From the IMG/VR virus record IMGVR_UViG_3300037312_000927: a stretch of DNA of 64,000 nt; one strand, 5' to 3'. The first letter of the stretch is position 1. Every line of letters begins with the position of its first letter. The notes under the pieces were generated by a model, which was given only the letters and a program-made list of their open reading frames with translations, ran no database searches and was not told the origin of the DNA. Origin of the DNA: a virus. The translations under genes were made by a program, and so were the position numbers. This document shows, in pieces, positions 1-10,500 of the stretch.

Positions 1-115
1 CGAAGTCCATTAGATTAATATAGTCGCCGAATTTATCTTTAGCGCTTCTTTCTACAGTATTATTTATAGAATAGTCGTGTTTTACCAGCTCTGTTGAAAG
101 TTTAGTTAGTGACAT
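1..115 (-). CDS. Tailspike/tail fibre, N-terminal part (truncated by window edge)
   Basis: Reads MSLTKLSTELVKHDYSINNTVERSAKDKFGDYINLMDF, similar to the N-terminus of 190..1854; preceded by the same intergenic cassette as other spike genes. Confidence 0.6.
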   Translation of the reverse strand, partial: MSLTKLSTELVKHDYSINNTVERSAKDKFGDYINLMDF

Positions 116-126
116 AATTATCTTTA

Positions 127-151
127 TAAAAAAGAGGCCTCGAAGGGCCTC
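127..151 (-). terminator. Intrinsic terminator in repeated inter-spike cassette
   Basis: GAGGCCCTTCGAGGCCTC hairpin + T-tract on minus strand. Confidence 0.7.
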
Positions 152-154
152 TAT

Positions 155-161
155 TATTTTA
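155..161 (-). promoter_or_regulatory. Putative late promoter TAAAATA
   Basis: Recurrent motif upstream of minus-strand structural genes. Confidence 0.5.
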
Positions 162-189
162 CGTTAGTGGCCTATATAGGTGATCTCTA

Positions 190-1854
190 TTAATTTACAG
201 ATCTACCTACTTCCACCCAGCGAGTAGCAGTGGTCTGGACTAAGGTTAACGAATCACCATAAGTATCAAATGTAAATGTAACACTACCATTCAACTGGAT
301 AGTGCCAGGGCTGACAGACCCTCCAGACCCTGTGAACAAAGTGATTCTTTTACCTATGTATCCTCCCGTGAAGCCTGTTATAGGAGTCGAGGATGATACA
401 AAAAACATATCGGCGGAAGACACATCTGGAGTTGCAGAATTACCCAGAACTGGTATGGAAATACTTGCCAAGTTACCTGAGGTATTACCGGCTATGCTAG
501 GGCTCTGTGAATCCGCTACATTTGCGGACATCATGTTGTTAGACGATGATCCATTTATAGAAACTCCAGTGGCTCCAGAACTGCTTCCCCAAACATTTCC
601 CACCATAGTCGAGTATGTTTGGTACCCTCCCTGTAGAAAATAGCTGCCACCTAACAGTATGTTACCATTTATTGTTAAGTACCTAGGCCCTGAAGATCCT
701 ATAGTCCCAGCACCAACTTTAATGGCAGCATTACCTGTGTACGAGGATCTCATATCAAATACATTGGCATTGATGATATTTGCAACTGGTCCATTGGTAT
801 CAAACCCTATATCAACATCAGAGGGATCAAGTTGAATGCAATACCCCAATGTAGCATTATTACGTGTTTTGAATTGATTACCGGTGATAGTACCTAATGC
901 GCCTATGAAATATATCAATGTATTATTTAGAGAGCCCAGTCTTATCTCGAAAGTATTGCCGCTGATATAGTCATATTGATATAAGGCGGGAGCTACTGGA
1001 AGAGATCCCTTAATTTGTTTTCTATGGAGCTGAGTATCTATTAGAGTATTACCTATAAATCTCATCTTATTTGCGCCAGTAAAAACGTCCACGTGTGCTA
1101 ACGAATTAGTATTATTATTTCTTATGTAATTGTTAGATATATGAGCGTCGGAGATGCCTCCGGTGATTTTTATAATAGCCTTCCCAAGGCCATCTGGAGC
1201 ATACACATCGAAATAGTTATCCTCTAGATAAACCGGTCCAGCGTTATCATCCGTAGTTCCCCTTTCTGCATATAGATAGGCTGGAGCTATACTAATACTT
1301 GAGTCATGTTGCCAGTTATTACGGTACACTCTAGCAAGAGTCGTAAGACCATAACATTCTATCTTGGATGCGCCTAACACATTGTCAAATATGCGTAGAT
1401 CAGAAATAGGGTAAGCGTTCAGAGCCCCATAAGCAGTGCTTCCAGCTAAGTTATCCCCGTTCCAGAAAAATTGTCTACCAGTTAAAGTAGGGTTAGATAC
1501 CCATTGTATATTGTGGAAGCCATGTATCCACAACATGTCTAAGGGAACTAATACATTAAAAATACCGGAGTCTCTCCCTAGCAAAGACGCCCCTTCACCC
1601 CGTATATCACAGTTCCCTTTGATATTAAGAACCCCTACTTTAAATGTACAGCCTGGGTTAAAGATAAGCGTGGCAGGTAGGGAATCCAAAGCTGCCTGGA
1701 CAGCAGCAGTATCGTCGGTGACTCCGTCCCCTTTGGCCCCAAAGTCCTTTACACTAATGTAATCATTTAGTTTATCGTTAAGAGCTCTCTCTACAATGCC
1801 TGCTGGAATAGGCTTATATTTTATTAACTCTGTTGAAATTTTTGTAGTTGACAT
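190..1854 (-). CDS. Tailspike, pectate-lyase-like beta-helix (depolymerase)
   Basis: ISVKDFGAKGDGVTDDTAAVQAALD motif followed by Asn/Ile-rich beta-helix repeats. Confidence 0.82.
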   Translation of the reverse strand: MSTTKISTELIKYKPIPAGIVERALNDKLNDYISVKDFGAKGDGVTDDTAAVQAALDSLPATLIFNPGCTFKVGVLNIKGNCDIRGEGASLLGRDSGIFNVLVPLDMLWIHGFHNIQWVSNPTLTGRQFFWNGDNLAGSTAYGALNAYPISDLRIFDNVLGASKIECYGLTTLARVYRNNWQHDSSISIAPAYLYAERGTTDDNAGPVYLEDNYFDVYAPDGLGKAIIKITGGISDAHISNNYIRNNNTNSLAHVDVFTGANKMRFIGNTLIDTQLHRKQIKGSLPVAPALYQYDYISGNTFEIRLGSLNNTLIYFIGALGTITGNQFKTRNNATLGYCIQLDPSDVDIGFDTNGPVANIINANVFDMRSSYTGNAAIKVGAGTIGSSGPRYLTINGNILLGGSYFLQGGYQTYSTMVGNVWGSSSGATGVSINGSSSNNMMSANVADSQSPSIAGNTSGNLASISIPVLGNSATPDVSSADMFFVSSSTPITGFTGGYIGKRITLFTGSGGSVSPGTIQLNGSVTFTFDTYGDSLTLVQTTATRWVEVGRSVN

Positions 1855-1883
1855 AGCTTTAGTTTAAATTTGGGTTAGATTAC

Positions 1884-3812
1884 TTAGATCGAGTTTGTCA
1901 AATACGTACCACTAACGGTTACGTAAAACGTTGACCCGGTTATGTTGCTCGCTGAAAGAGCGTTCAAAGCTGAGCCTGAACCCGTAATCATTAGAGCTAT
2001 ATATGGTGTATTTTGTACAAATGATCCATTAACCTGGGTAAAGCCAGCTGCAGTCCACCCACTAGCCATGGCTGAGCAAACTGCATTCTCCTGACCAGGT
2101 ATCACTGAAGGGGTGAATGGTAGGCCATTTATCCACAGCTGTCCTGCCATAGCAGCATCCTTAGATGCTACATTAATAGTTGCTGTCACGAAAACTTGAT
2201 TACCTTTTCTGGAATAGAAGCCAGTTTGAACACTATAAGTGTTGGATCCTGCTGTGCTAGATCCAGCTAACGTAGGAGTCCACATACCTTCTTCTTGATC
2301 AGAGGGGTTGAGCCCATATACTAAGAAGTTAGCATTTTTTGTTTTAGTAAACACGGCTGTAAACGAAGTTGAAGTTACAGAGGTTACAAAAACTTGTTCC
2401 CCTTGAGTCCCATCATCATTTATGCACCACAGCCTGGTATTCGGCCTAATATTTTCCATAGTAGCCGGGGTCACCGAGACGGTAGTTGGAGATGCGATTG
2501 AATTAGGGCAATACGTTACCGCAGTTTGTCTTACTATATTTTGGCGTAGGGCTATTGAGAAGCCTCCTACAAAAGGCGCTGCCTGTCTATAAGGACCTAT
2601 TACTAATTTACTATTTCCTTCTATGATAACTGAGCTAGCTTTCGAACTTGCACCATTGTTAAACAGGATATTTTGCTGTGCGGCTTGACCAAAAAGATTG
2701 TTTACGATAGAACCGCCTTGACAATCATCGATGACTATATGTGAAGGTAGGGCTAGGTCCGTAATTCCGTTACCAGATATACGAGGAGCAGAGCACGGCC
2801 CTACATACTTTGATAGGGAACCCCGTTGCCCTATCGCAGCAGTGCTATCGGTTAGGTATATCGAGGATGAACTATGGCCCTCTATTTCATTTCCATCTAC
2901 TATTAAACTGCTAACCCCTGCTGCACGGATGGCATAGGAACCCGCATTAAAATTGTTATCACGAATGGAATGACAACCGCCCCCATCATCTACAATATTA
3001 GGTCCAGCTCCAGCAGCCGCGTTAAATTGATTATTTTGAACAGTTATTCTATTAGTGAAACCTGCATTTGCCGATGCCGTATGGTCATCCCCATTGACTA
3101 TCCAAATACCACATTTAGTATAAGATGCTTGTTCGATGTCAGAGTGCGCAATAGTTGCAATCTCAGTTTGATCAAAGACTACTGGATACATAAATCCAGA
3201 AACCATTATCCCATCTAAGTCTACAAAAGTTCCCCCTACGTCTACAAACCCGCAGCCAGTATTAGAAGTATTAGTACATACTATTCCAATATTTCTAACC
3301 CCGTTGTTAGCAGCAGTGCTAGAGTTGATTGGCCAAGTTGACTTAATACCGTCTCCAGAGCTAGAAAAACTTAGGATGGATTTAGTCCTACCGTCACCTT
3401 CCAGTATAGTATCAGATCCTATATTCAAGCTTCCGCTGCAAATATAGGTACCGGGAGGCACGTACACCCGGCCCTTAACGCTTAGTGCAGAGTTTATGGC
3501 GGAGGTATCATCAGTGAAATTATCCCCCATTGACCCAAACCATTTTACATTTACAGCACCATTATACTGTCGTTTCCATCTCTTACCATTGTAAGATACA
3601 ATGACGGTACCCCCATTATCAACGGACGATGTATCCCCATCATCTCTAACGAAATTACCGGCAATGCCAGGTTTCACTACGTAAACAGAGGATTGAGGGC
3701 CTATATATAGACGTAATGCTATATAGTCGGTTAAACGTAGTGTATTAATAAAACTTTCCACAGTATCAGTACCGTGGGATATCATACTGCTTCTGGCTTT
3801 TGTTAGTGACAT
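1884..3812 (-). CDS. Tailspike, beta-helix with C-terminal fibre-type domain
   Basis: DNGGTVIV-NGKRWKR head module, VNVKWFG-GD--TDDTSAIN motif, C-terminal WTPTL-G...YSRKGNQV domain. Confidence 0.85.
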   Translation of the reverse strand: MSLTKARSSMISHGTDTVESFINTLRLTDYIALRLYIGPQSSVYVVKPGIAGNFVRDDGDTSSVDNGGTVIVSYNGKRWKRQYNGAVNVKWFGSMGDNFTDDTSAINSALSVKGRVYVPPGTYICSGSLNIGSDTILEGDGRTKSILSFSSSGDGIKSTWPINSSTAANNGVRNIGIVCTNTSNTGCGFVDVGGTFVDLDGIMVSGFMYPVVFDQTEIATIAHSDIEQASYTKCGIWIVNGDDHTASANAGFTNRITVQNNQFNAAAGAGPNIVDDGGGCHSIRDNNFNAGSYAIRAAGVSSLIVDGNEIEGHSSSSIYLTDSTAAIGQRGSLSKYVGPCSAPRISGNGITDLALPSHIVIDDCQGGSIVNNLFGQAAQQNILFNNGASSKASSVIIEGNSKLVIGPYRQAAPFVGGFSIALRQNIVRQTAVTYCPNSIASPTTVSVTPATMENIRPNTRLWCINDDGTQGEQVFVTSVTSTSFTAVFTKTKNANFLVYGLNPSDQEEGMWTPTLAGSSTAGSNTYSVQTGFYSRKGNQVFVTATINVASKDAAMAGQLWINGLPFTPSVIPGQENAVCSAMASGWTAAGFTQVNGSFVQNTPYIALMITGSGSALNALSASNITGSTFYVTVSGTYLTNSI

Positions 3813-3829
3813 ATTAGATTATCTTTAGG

Positions 3830-3852
3830 AAAAAGAGGCCTCGAAGGGCCTC
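3830..3852 (-). terminator. Intrinsic terminator in repeated inter-spike cassette
   Basis: Identical hairpin to 134-151 + T-tract. Confidence 0.7.
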
Positions 3853-3855
3853 TAG

Positions 3856-3862
3856 TATTTTA
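3856..3862 (-). promoter_or_regulatory. Putative late promoter TAAAATA
   Basis: Recurrent motif. Confidence 0.5.
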
Positions 3863-3875
3863 CCTCAATAGATTA

Positions 3876-5789
3876 TTATAGGTTACCTTCACTGACATAA
3901 GTCCCTGGAGTCCCAGCTGCAGTGCACCTCCAGCCTTTAGGAGACCCTATTGCAGGGACTGATTGTATAATACGATCCCCTACCGCACTAATTCTATTAG
4001 TAGGTGTAGTATTTCCATACTGTATGATAATAGCGCCTGTTCCTGGATCGTTTTCTATTCTACCATTAAATAAATTACTCTCGTCCGCTATAGTACCTGC
4101 ATTTCCCCCAGCACTCCCGGAAAATATAATAGACCAGTTATTAAGAGTAGAGTTCAAATCGTTAGCAGACAATCGTGCATTAGGGCAGTTACTTAAAAAT
4201 AAGACAATACCGGTAGATTCCCCATGATTTCCTATAAACCTTAAGCCATTAATTTGCGTAAGCGTGTAAGCTGCGTTTGATAAGCTACCAAACACTGTAT
4301 TTCCCGCCATACGGACGTGGTTAATTGAGCCTGATCCACTCGGTGTTACTAAAAATCCCCCGGCACTATTATTGCAAGTTAAGGTGTTACCTGAAATATC
4401 CGAATGGGAGTAGTTACCATCTAATGCCATGTATTTTACTGCCATAAAGTTCGGGTTGTAATGTGTTACATTATTCCCTATAAATTTAACAGCATCTACA
4501 TTTTGCAAAATAACTGCTTCACCACGGATGTTTTCTGTACTAGTTGAGCGTAGGTTATTGTTACTGATAGTAATATTTCTATTAGAAGCTGATGCCCATA
4601 ATGCAGGTCCTCGTGTTGCATCAACGTGATTTCCAGTTACAACGATCTCCACCTCTGAACCGGTCACGAATTGAGGGGCGCAGACCTGTACTGCAATGCC
4701 TGCCATGGCAAGGATATCAAAGTTAGTAGTACTTCTACAGCAATTATAAACGTTATTATTACTTACAATGGTACCGCCACCAGCTTGGACATAAATACCT
4801 GCCCCAGAAGAGCCGTTTATAGAACTTCCTAGAATATCGTATATTACATTGTTACTGATTATGGTCCGTAGGTCATACGCAGGAGTAGTTGATAGGGCTG
4901 TATATACCACAACCCCATAAGCCAGATGCTGCCCTACAAAGTTGGCATTTATAAGGTTACCAGTAGGAGTACTGTTAGTATAAGGATCATAGACCATAAT
5001 TCCATGATCACCGCCGCCATAGCAATGATTTCCCTCAGCAGAGTTATAGTTACTATTTTGATAGAACATAATATCTGCAGAATCTTGGATAGATCCCAAC
5101 CATCCACTAAAACGGCAGTCTCTTACAGTACAGTACGATGAGCCGTTCAGAAGTACCCCTGCCCAGGACATCCCTATAAACTCCACGTTGAGAACTTTGC
5201 ATTTAGTAGAATTATATATATTTATACCACCGGTATATGCGATAGTTCCTGGGGTTTCACTGTAAATAAATAAATCTTTAAAAATTACCCCATCTTGCTG
5301 GCTAACTAAAAATCCTGATTTATTCAATCCTGCCAGTTTTATGACAGTCCCACGACCGTCACCGGTAATAGTTGTGTGTCCTGAGACGCTTATTTCCGTT
5401 GTTATTTTGTAAGAAGATGGCGTAGATGGAAAATATACATTTTTCCCAGCCCCAGAGCTGACTGCAGATTGGATACTAGAAGTATCATCTGTAACCCCAT
5501 CCCCGACTGCTCCGAACCACTGTACATTTAATGCGCCATTATATTGACGTTTCCAACGTTTACCATTCGTAGAAACAACAACAGTCCCTCCGTTATCTGC
5601 AGAGACCGTGTCGGAATCATCCCTTATAAAAGAACCTGAGACACCGGCGTTAGTAAGGGTTACTGAAGTTTGTGTTCCAGAGTACACTCTTAGTGCAGAA
5701 TAATCTGTCAAACGTATGGCATTTAAAATGCCCTCCACAGTGTCACTACCGTGGGACACCATATAACTTTTTTCTCTTGTTAGTGACAT
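3876..5789 (-). CDS. Tailspike, pectate-lyase-like beta-helix
   Basis: Shares ~100-aa N-terminal module with 1884..3812; LNVQWFGAVGDGVTDDTSSIQ motif; beta-helix repeats. Confidence 0.85.
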   Translation of the reverse strand: MSLTREKSYMVSHGSDTVEGILNAIRLTDYSALRVYSGTQTSVTLTNAGVSGSFIRDDSDTVSADNGGTVVVSTNGKRWKRQYNGALNVQWFGAVGDGVTDDTSSIQSAVSSGAGKNVYFPSTPSSYKITTEISVSGHTTITGDGRGTVIKLAGLNKSGFLVSQQDGVIFKDLFIYSETPGTIAYTGGINIYNSTKCKVLNVEFIGMSWAGVLLNGSSYCTVRDCRFSGWLGSIQDSADIMFYQNSNYNSAEGNHCYGGGDHGIMVYDPYTNSTPTGNLINANFVGQHLAYGVVVYTALSTTPAYDLRTIISNNVIYDILGSSINGSSGAGIYVQAGGGTIVSNNNVYNCCRSTTNFDILAMAGIAVQVCAPQFVTGSEVEIVVTGNHVDATRGPALWASASNRNITISNNNLRSTSTENIRGEAVILQNVDAVKFIGNNVTHYNPNFMAVKYMALDGNYSHSDISGNTLTCNNSAGGFLVTPSGSGSINHVRMAGNTVFGSLSNAAYTLTQINGLRFIGNHGESTGIVLFLSNCPNARLSANDLNSTLNNWSIIFSGSAGGNAGTIADESNLFNGRIENDPGTGAIIIQYGNTTPTNRISAVGDRIIQSVPAIGSPKGWRCTAAGTPGTYVSEGNL

Positions 5790-5807
5790 ATTAAATTATC
5801 TTTACAG

Positions 5808-5829
5808 AAAAGAGGCCTAAAGAGCCTCT
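5808..5829 (-). terminator. Intrinsic terminator in repeated inter-spike cassette
   Basis: AGAGGC...GCCTCT hairpin + T-tract. Confidence 0.6.
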
Positions 5830-5831
5830 AG

Positions 5832-5838
5832 TATTTTA
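5832..5838 (-). promoter_or_regulatory. Putative late promoter TAAAATA
   Basis: Recurrent motif. Confidence 0.5.
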
Positions 5839-5870
5839 GACGTTGAGAGGTGTTTAACCCCTCAACTTAA

Positions 5871-8800
5871 TCAAGGCATCTGATAACTGCCAGACGCGTA
5901 AACTGTAAATGCTCCCGTTGGAATTATCAGCTGTGAAGAAGTACCCGTATTAGTATAATATCCCCGGATTGCCCCTAGGCTATTAACCACAAGAGCGGGG
6001 TTTATCAGACCGAAATGGCCACCGGTTGTACTTGAGCCGCTTACCATTAAATCTACCATCGTCTCTGCGTTATTCGTGGAAGACGTAACAGTAGTCGGGA
6101 GTGAAACTTGAATCATACCCGTCCCGGTATGACCAGCACTGACGTCAAGTCTTATTTTAAAGAAAACTGTTTTACCCACTCTTCTATAACGACCATATTG
6201 AAGAGTATATGTCCCAGTGCCATTAGTGGATGAGCCTGTTACAACTGGGTTATAGCTAGTTTCAGTAGAATCGGACTCTTCGGATTGAAACGCACTAGTA
6301 AGATTATTTAGATTACATCTATAAAACTTATTAGTCGAAGGTGTTAATGTATGTGCTGATTCCTTCTGAATAGCCACTAACGTCTTACCGCTTGGTGATG
6401 TAAAATCAACCCCATCAAATGTAACTTTATTTGATGTCCCAGTATTGAAATCTACGGCGTTTGATGCACCGGCAGAACCGGTCCCACAATCTACAAATGC
6501 CCCTCTAAGGATATTAAAGTCATCCACGCTATATATGGACATACCATTACCCTCAGTGGATCCACACCGTATAAAACGATCGTTAAAAATCGTTACATTT
6601 ACGGTTTTCATATATCCGACCGAAGCCCCATACCCTACATCCGTCCAGGTATTATCACTTAGGTCTATACGTTTCCCGCAATATATATTGAAAGGTCTGC
6701 CGGTACTAGACTTAACTTTGTTGCCACTTACTATAACGTCGTTATCGAGGTCCGTAGTTGAGGAACTAACGTTGAAGTCATAAAAGAAAAATGCTCCAGT
6801 ACCAACATATCCTGTAGAGGAGTTATTTTCTATAGTGATATTCGTAGGTTTTGCAGTTACTGCAGCTGGCTGGTAGAACGAAATTTCTCCAGAGCTACCC
6901 CCATTATTATTAAAAGTGTTGTCTCTGATTCTAACGTTTTGGATAACGTGAAATGTGTTTGAATCAGGTTCGAAATCAATAGGACCTGGCATCGTGGATT
7001 TAGAACAGTTGCTGAAATCACAGGCTTCAATAGTAATCCCGTTAATGTCTATTAGACTAATGGCATTTCTATTTTCACGGGTGATACCATCAAATCTGCA
7101 ACGCTTTACGTATACATTCTGATTATGTCTTTCGTCCGTACCCGAGAATCCCGACCCTATATACAAGCCATCTCCACGGAACCCTTTAAAAAGCACATTT
7201 TCGATTAAGACATTGGAGACGCCATTAATAGCTACCAAATGTTTAAATTCTGAAAACCCATCTACATCAGTAGTTGCTCTGAGTTGAAAATTTTTAAGAG
7301 TTATATTTGTAATATTATTAGATATATTACTAGAACCACTATCACAAATAAATCCGTAATTCGCAGTATTAGGCATTTGTATGAGCGTGGTATCCCCATC
7401 ACCAAATATTTCAGTGTTAGACTTCAAGGATACTGAGCTAATAAGGTAAGTGCCTGCTGGTACGTATATCTTTCTAGAAGCAGCAATGGCTCTATTAAAC
7501 ATGGCAGTACTGTCAGTATCGGTGCTTACATAAAAGTAATTTACATTAGCTATACCGTTATACTGGCGTTTCCAACGTTTGCCGTTAGTGGATACGATGA
7601 TAGTACCCCCGTCGTCTACGGAAGTAATATCGGAGTCATCTCTAGTGAAGCTGCCCGAAATGCCTATATTACTAACGTATACAGACGTTCTAGGGCCTAC
7701 GTAATTCCTCAAAGCAGTATAATCTGCAAGTTGCAATGCATTTAACGAATCGGCAACAGTCTCAGTACCATTAGTTACTAGGCTAGCATCAGTGACACCA
7801 ACGGCCGCCGTGGATCTAGACAATACCTCGATAGCGCTCCCTGAAGGAGGGGCTTCACTGAATGTTAAAGTTCTACCGACGATGCTATATGTAGCCTTTT
7901 GCTGATAAGAAGCGTTGATATACACATCGGTAACCATAACTCCGACAGGAGCTTTAGCTAGAGTGAATACCGTCTTAGTACCATCTCCGGTAAAATCGTC
8001 CAAATTCACCGTATTTCTATCCGCACGAATTTGATCTAAAACTGCTTTAACGTTGGTGGGTGTAGTACCATCGTTAGGATTATAAATAGTCGTGGCAGCA
8101 TCCCCTGAACTAAATGGGATTTCATATTTAATGGTGACTTCTATTACAACCCCAGATATAGGGGCTTGGTCAAAAGTGAGAGTAGTACCTGTCGCAGTAT
8201 AAGATGCTTTTTGCTGATATACACCATCGAAATGGACGCTTACAACGGAATTTCCACTCACCGAAACCGGCAATGTATACGATGTCGTAGTACCGTCACC
8301 TACGAAAGTGGCTGCATATTGTGTCGCACGTCTATCTAGCTCTTCCTTTACGGTAGTCTGTGTAGAGCTACCCGCAGGGGTGTAGTTAACCCCCATAGAA
8401 TCCATAGTAGATAATGGAAGTTCTTTACGGATAACTACTTCTATAAGGGTATTATTAAGAGGGGCTTCCCCGAAAGTCAGAACTGTGCCATACGCCGTGT
8501 AGGAGTCTTTTTGTTGATAGGCACCATCAATATATACATCCAAACTATTGGAGGTAGAAACTGCCGTCGGGAGTACAAAGGTAGTAGCAGAGCCAGTCCC
8601 AGAATATCTGGCCACAGTAGCCGTACCACGTTCCTTTTTGAAGGTATCTAATGCGTCCTTTACATTTGAAACAATGAGACCATCGTCCGACAGATATTGT
8701 GTAGTAGCCGCATCAGAGGTACCGATAGGAAGGGCGTAGTTAACCGTTACCTCGATGCTTGCGCCAATACTCGGAGTTGAGTTAAGTGTCAAGCTCGTAC

Positions 8801-9740
8801 CACTAAGGGTGTACGTGGATTTTTCTTGGTACACAGAATTGATATGTACCTGTACCATGTTAGCGTTAGGTACAGCAAAAGGTAAGAGAAAGGTAGAGGC
8901 TGAACCGTCACCAGTGTATTTGTATACGCTTACAGTATTGCGCTGATCTAATGCGTCTTTGACACTTGCTACACTAGATCCATCTATCGGGGTGTAGCTG
9001 ATGAGGGATGCATCAGTGCTACCAAGCGGGGCAATCGCATCGAGGATAACCTCTATATTATCTGTACCAGATGGTGGAGCCTCACTGAAAGTCAACAGAT
9101 TATCGACGACAGTATACGAACTCTTAAGTTGGTATAGAGAATCGATATGGACGTCCACTGCATTACCGAAAGCAGGCACCGGCAAGCTGAAAGTGGTCGT
9201 ACTCCCATTACCAGAGAATTTGCGAACGAGACGGGTCAGTCGAGAATCCAGTACGTACTCGACAGTCGTGTTGGCAGTGCCATCGGAAGGTGTGTAGATG
9301 GTGGTAGCAGCGTTACCTGAACCTAGAGGTAGAACCGTCCTAATCTGCACTTCAATGTTATCTGTCCCCGCAGGCGGGGCTTCACCGAATGTCAGACTAG
9401 TGCCGTCTATGGTGTAAGATGATTTCAGTTGATAGGCCGAATCAATATGGACTTCCACAGCACTCGGCCCAGGAGCGGAGGTAGGCAGTGTGAATGTTGT
9501 GTTAGAACCATCACCTGAGAATGTAGTTACAGTGATACTACCTGCACCAATGCCTAAACCTTTAGAATCTACATACCTTTTGGTTGCGGCCTCCATGTCC
9601 TCGGCGGGATCACGGCTCAGCAGGACAGGGCCTTGAAAAGTATCCCCTGCTCTATTAACTGGTACATAACCCAACGCCCCAGTGAGATCTTCCGGTAAAA
9701 TCGAAGTTTCTGCATCTGGTGGTAAACCGTAGTAGCTCAT
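5871..9740 (-). CDS. Large tailspike with six N-terminal beta-sandwich repeats (putative branching hub) and C-terminal depolymerase
   Basis: Six ~62-aa repeats F-GDG----F-LP...V-V-I---YQ-K-SYT--G--LTF-EAP----IEV, then the shared spike head module and beta-helix. Confidence 0.85.
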   Translation of the reverse strand: MSYYGLPPDAETSILPEDLTGALGYVPVNRAGDTFQGPVLLSRDPAEDMEAATKRYVDSKGLGIGAGSITVTTFSGDGSNTTFTLPTSAPGPSAVEVHIDSAYQLKSSYTIDGTSLTFGEAPPAGTDNIEVQIRTVLPLGSGNAATTIYTPSDGTANTTVEYVLDSRLTRLVRKFSGNGSTTTFSLPVPAFGNAVDVHIDSLYQLKSSYTVVDNLLTFSEAPPSGTDNIEVILDAIAPLGSTDASLISYTPIDGSSVASVKDALDQRNTVSVYKYTGDGSASTFLLPFAVPNANMVQVHINSVYQEKSTYTLSGTSLTLNSTPSIGASIEVTVNYALPIGTSDAATTQYLSDDGLIVSNVKDALDTFKKERGTATVARYSGTGSATTFVLPTAVSTSNSLDVYIDGAYQQKDSYTAYGTVLTFGEAPLNNTLIEVVIRKELPLSTMDSMGVNYTPAGSSTQTTVKEELDRRATQYAATFVGDGTTTSYTLPVSVSGNSVVSVHFDGVYQQKASYTATGTTLTFDQAPISGVVIEVTIKYEIPFSSGDAATTIYNPNDGTTPTNVKAVLDQIRADRNTVNLDDFTGDGTKTVFTLAKAPVGVMVTDVYINASYQQKATYSIVGRTLTFSEAPPSGSAIEVLSRSTAAVGVTDASLVTNGTETVADSLNALQLADYTALRNYVGPRTSVYVSNIGISGSFTRDDSDITSVDDGGTIIVSTNGKRWKRQYNGIANVNYFYVSTDTDSTAMFNRAIAASRKIYVPAGTYLISSVSLKSNTEIFGDGDTTLIQMPNTANYGFICDSGSSNISNNITNITLKNFQLRATTDVDGFSEFKHLVAINGVSNVLIENVLFKGFRGDGLYIGSGFSGTDERHNQNVYVKRCRFDGITRENRNAISLIDINGITIEACDFSNCSKSTMPGPIDFEPDSNTFHVIQNVRIRDNTFNNNGGSSGEISFYQPAAVTAKPTNITIENNSSTGYVGTGAFFFYDFNVSSSTTDLDNDVIVSGNKVKSSTGRPFNIYCGKRIDLSDNTWTDVGYGASVGYMKTVNVTIFNDRFIRCGSTEGNGMSIYSVDDFNILRGAFVDCGTGSAGASNAVDFNTGTSNKVTFDGVDFTSPSGKTLVAIQKESAHTLTPSTNKFYRCNLNNLTSAFQSEESDSTETSYNPVVTGSSTNGTGTYTLQYGRYRRVGKTVFFKIRLDVSAGHTGTGMIQVSLPTTVTSSTNNAETMVDLMVSGSSTTGGHFGLINPALVVNSLGAIRGYYTNTGTSSQLIIPTGAFTVYASGSYQMP

Positions 9741-9801
9741 GAAATAAATCCGTTAAAAAAATTTGTTGAAAAGATTAGATATTTTGTCTAGTTATTCGTA
9801 T

Positions 9802-10128
9802 TTATGGAGTGGGTTCCTCGTAGCCATAAACTCTAGCTGCTACGTTTGGTATGTTCGATTTAACAAAAACATGTTCTCCTGCCCCTATAACCAGGCCGGT
9901 TCTCTCCAAAACCCCGCCTTGCATAGGTAGCACCGCGTCGAACTCAATGAAGTCTTGAGGATCCGGAAATGATGCAGTTGTAATTGCAACCCTAACTTTT
10001 GCATCTGTAGTAGAGCTCATATTCACAACGTTTAAGTTGGCTGCGGCAACATTACCATCCGATACGGTATATAGGACCACATATGTATCCTGAGGCAGAG
10101 CCGCTTTTCCTAATAATCCGCCAGCCAT
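9802..10128 (-). CDS. Small tail-fibre/spike-associated virion protein
   Basis: Beta-rich 108 aa in fibre cluster; resembles 10501..10827. Confidence 0.5.
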   Translation of the reverse strand: MAGGLLGKAALPQDTYVVLYTVSDGNVAAANLNVVNMSSTTDAKVRVAITTASFPDPQDFIEFDAVLPMQGGVLERTGLVIGAGEHVFVKSNIPNVAARVYGYEEPTP

Positions 10129-10499
10129 TATAAATTCCCCATAAAGTAAATATATCCTCTTCTAGTTCTTTGCAGCATATCCGTTTTAAGAGCAAATCTA
10201 GAATCACTCTCATCCTTTGTATAAGTATTCTTGGGAGTAGCCAGGATTAACTTAGTTTTAGAAACCATATAAACTATGTCCCCACTTACACAAGGAGATT
10301 TCAATGTTACAGTAATACCGTTAGATGCTATAAAAGCAGAATCCGGTAAATGATCACCATTAATATAAATATCAATAGACCCGACAGAGTAGGTGAACGT
10401 AAAAAGAGTTTGACCATCTGCTGCCGTGAATTGAGCACGGGTCTCTTGAGATTGCCTTTGGGTTGGACTACGTCCGAAATACTCCATTGAAGTTGGCAT
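10128..10499 (-). CDS. Tail protein with one beta-sandwich repeat
   Basis: FTAADGQTLFTF...IDIYING...VTL resembles the repeats of 5871..9740. Confidence 0.55.
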   Translation of the reverse strand: MPTSMEYFGRSPTQRQSQETRAQFTAADGQTLFTFTYSVGSIDIYINGDHLPDSAFIASNGITVTLKSPCVSGDIVYMVSKTKLILATPKNTYTKDESDSRFALKTDMLQRTRRGYIYFMGNL

Positions 10500-10500
10500 A

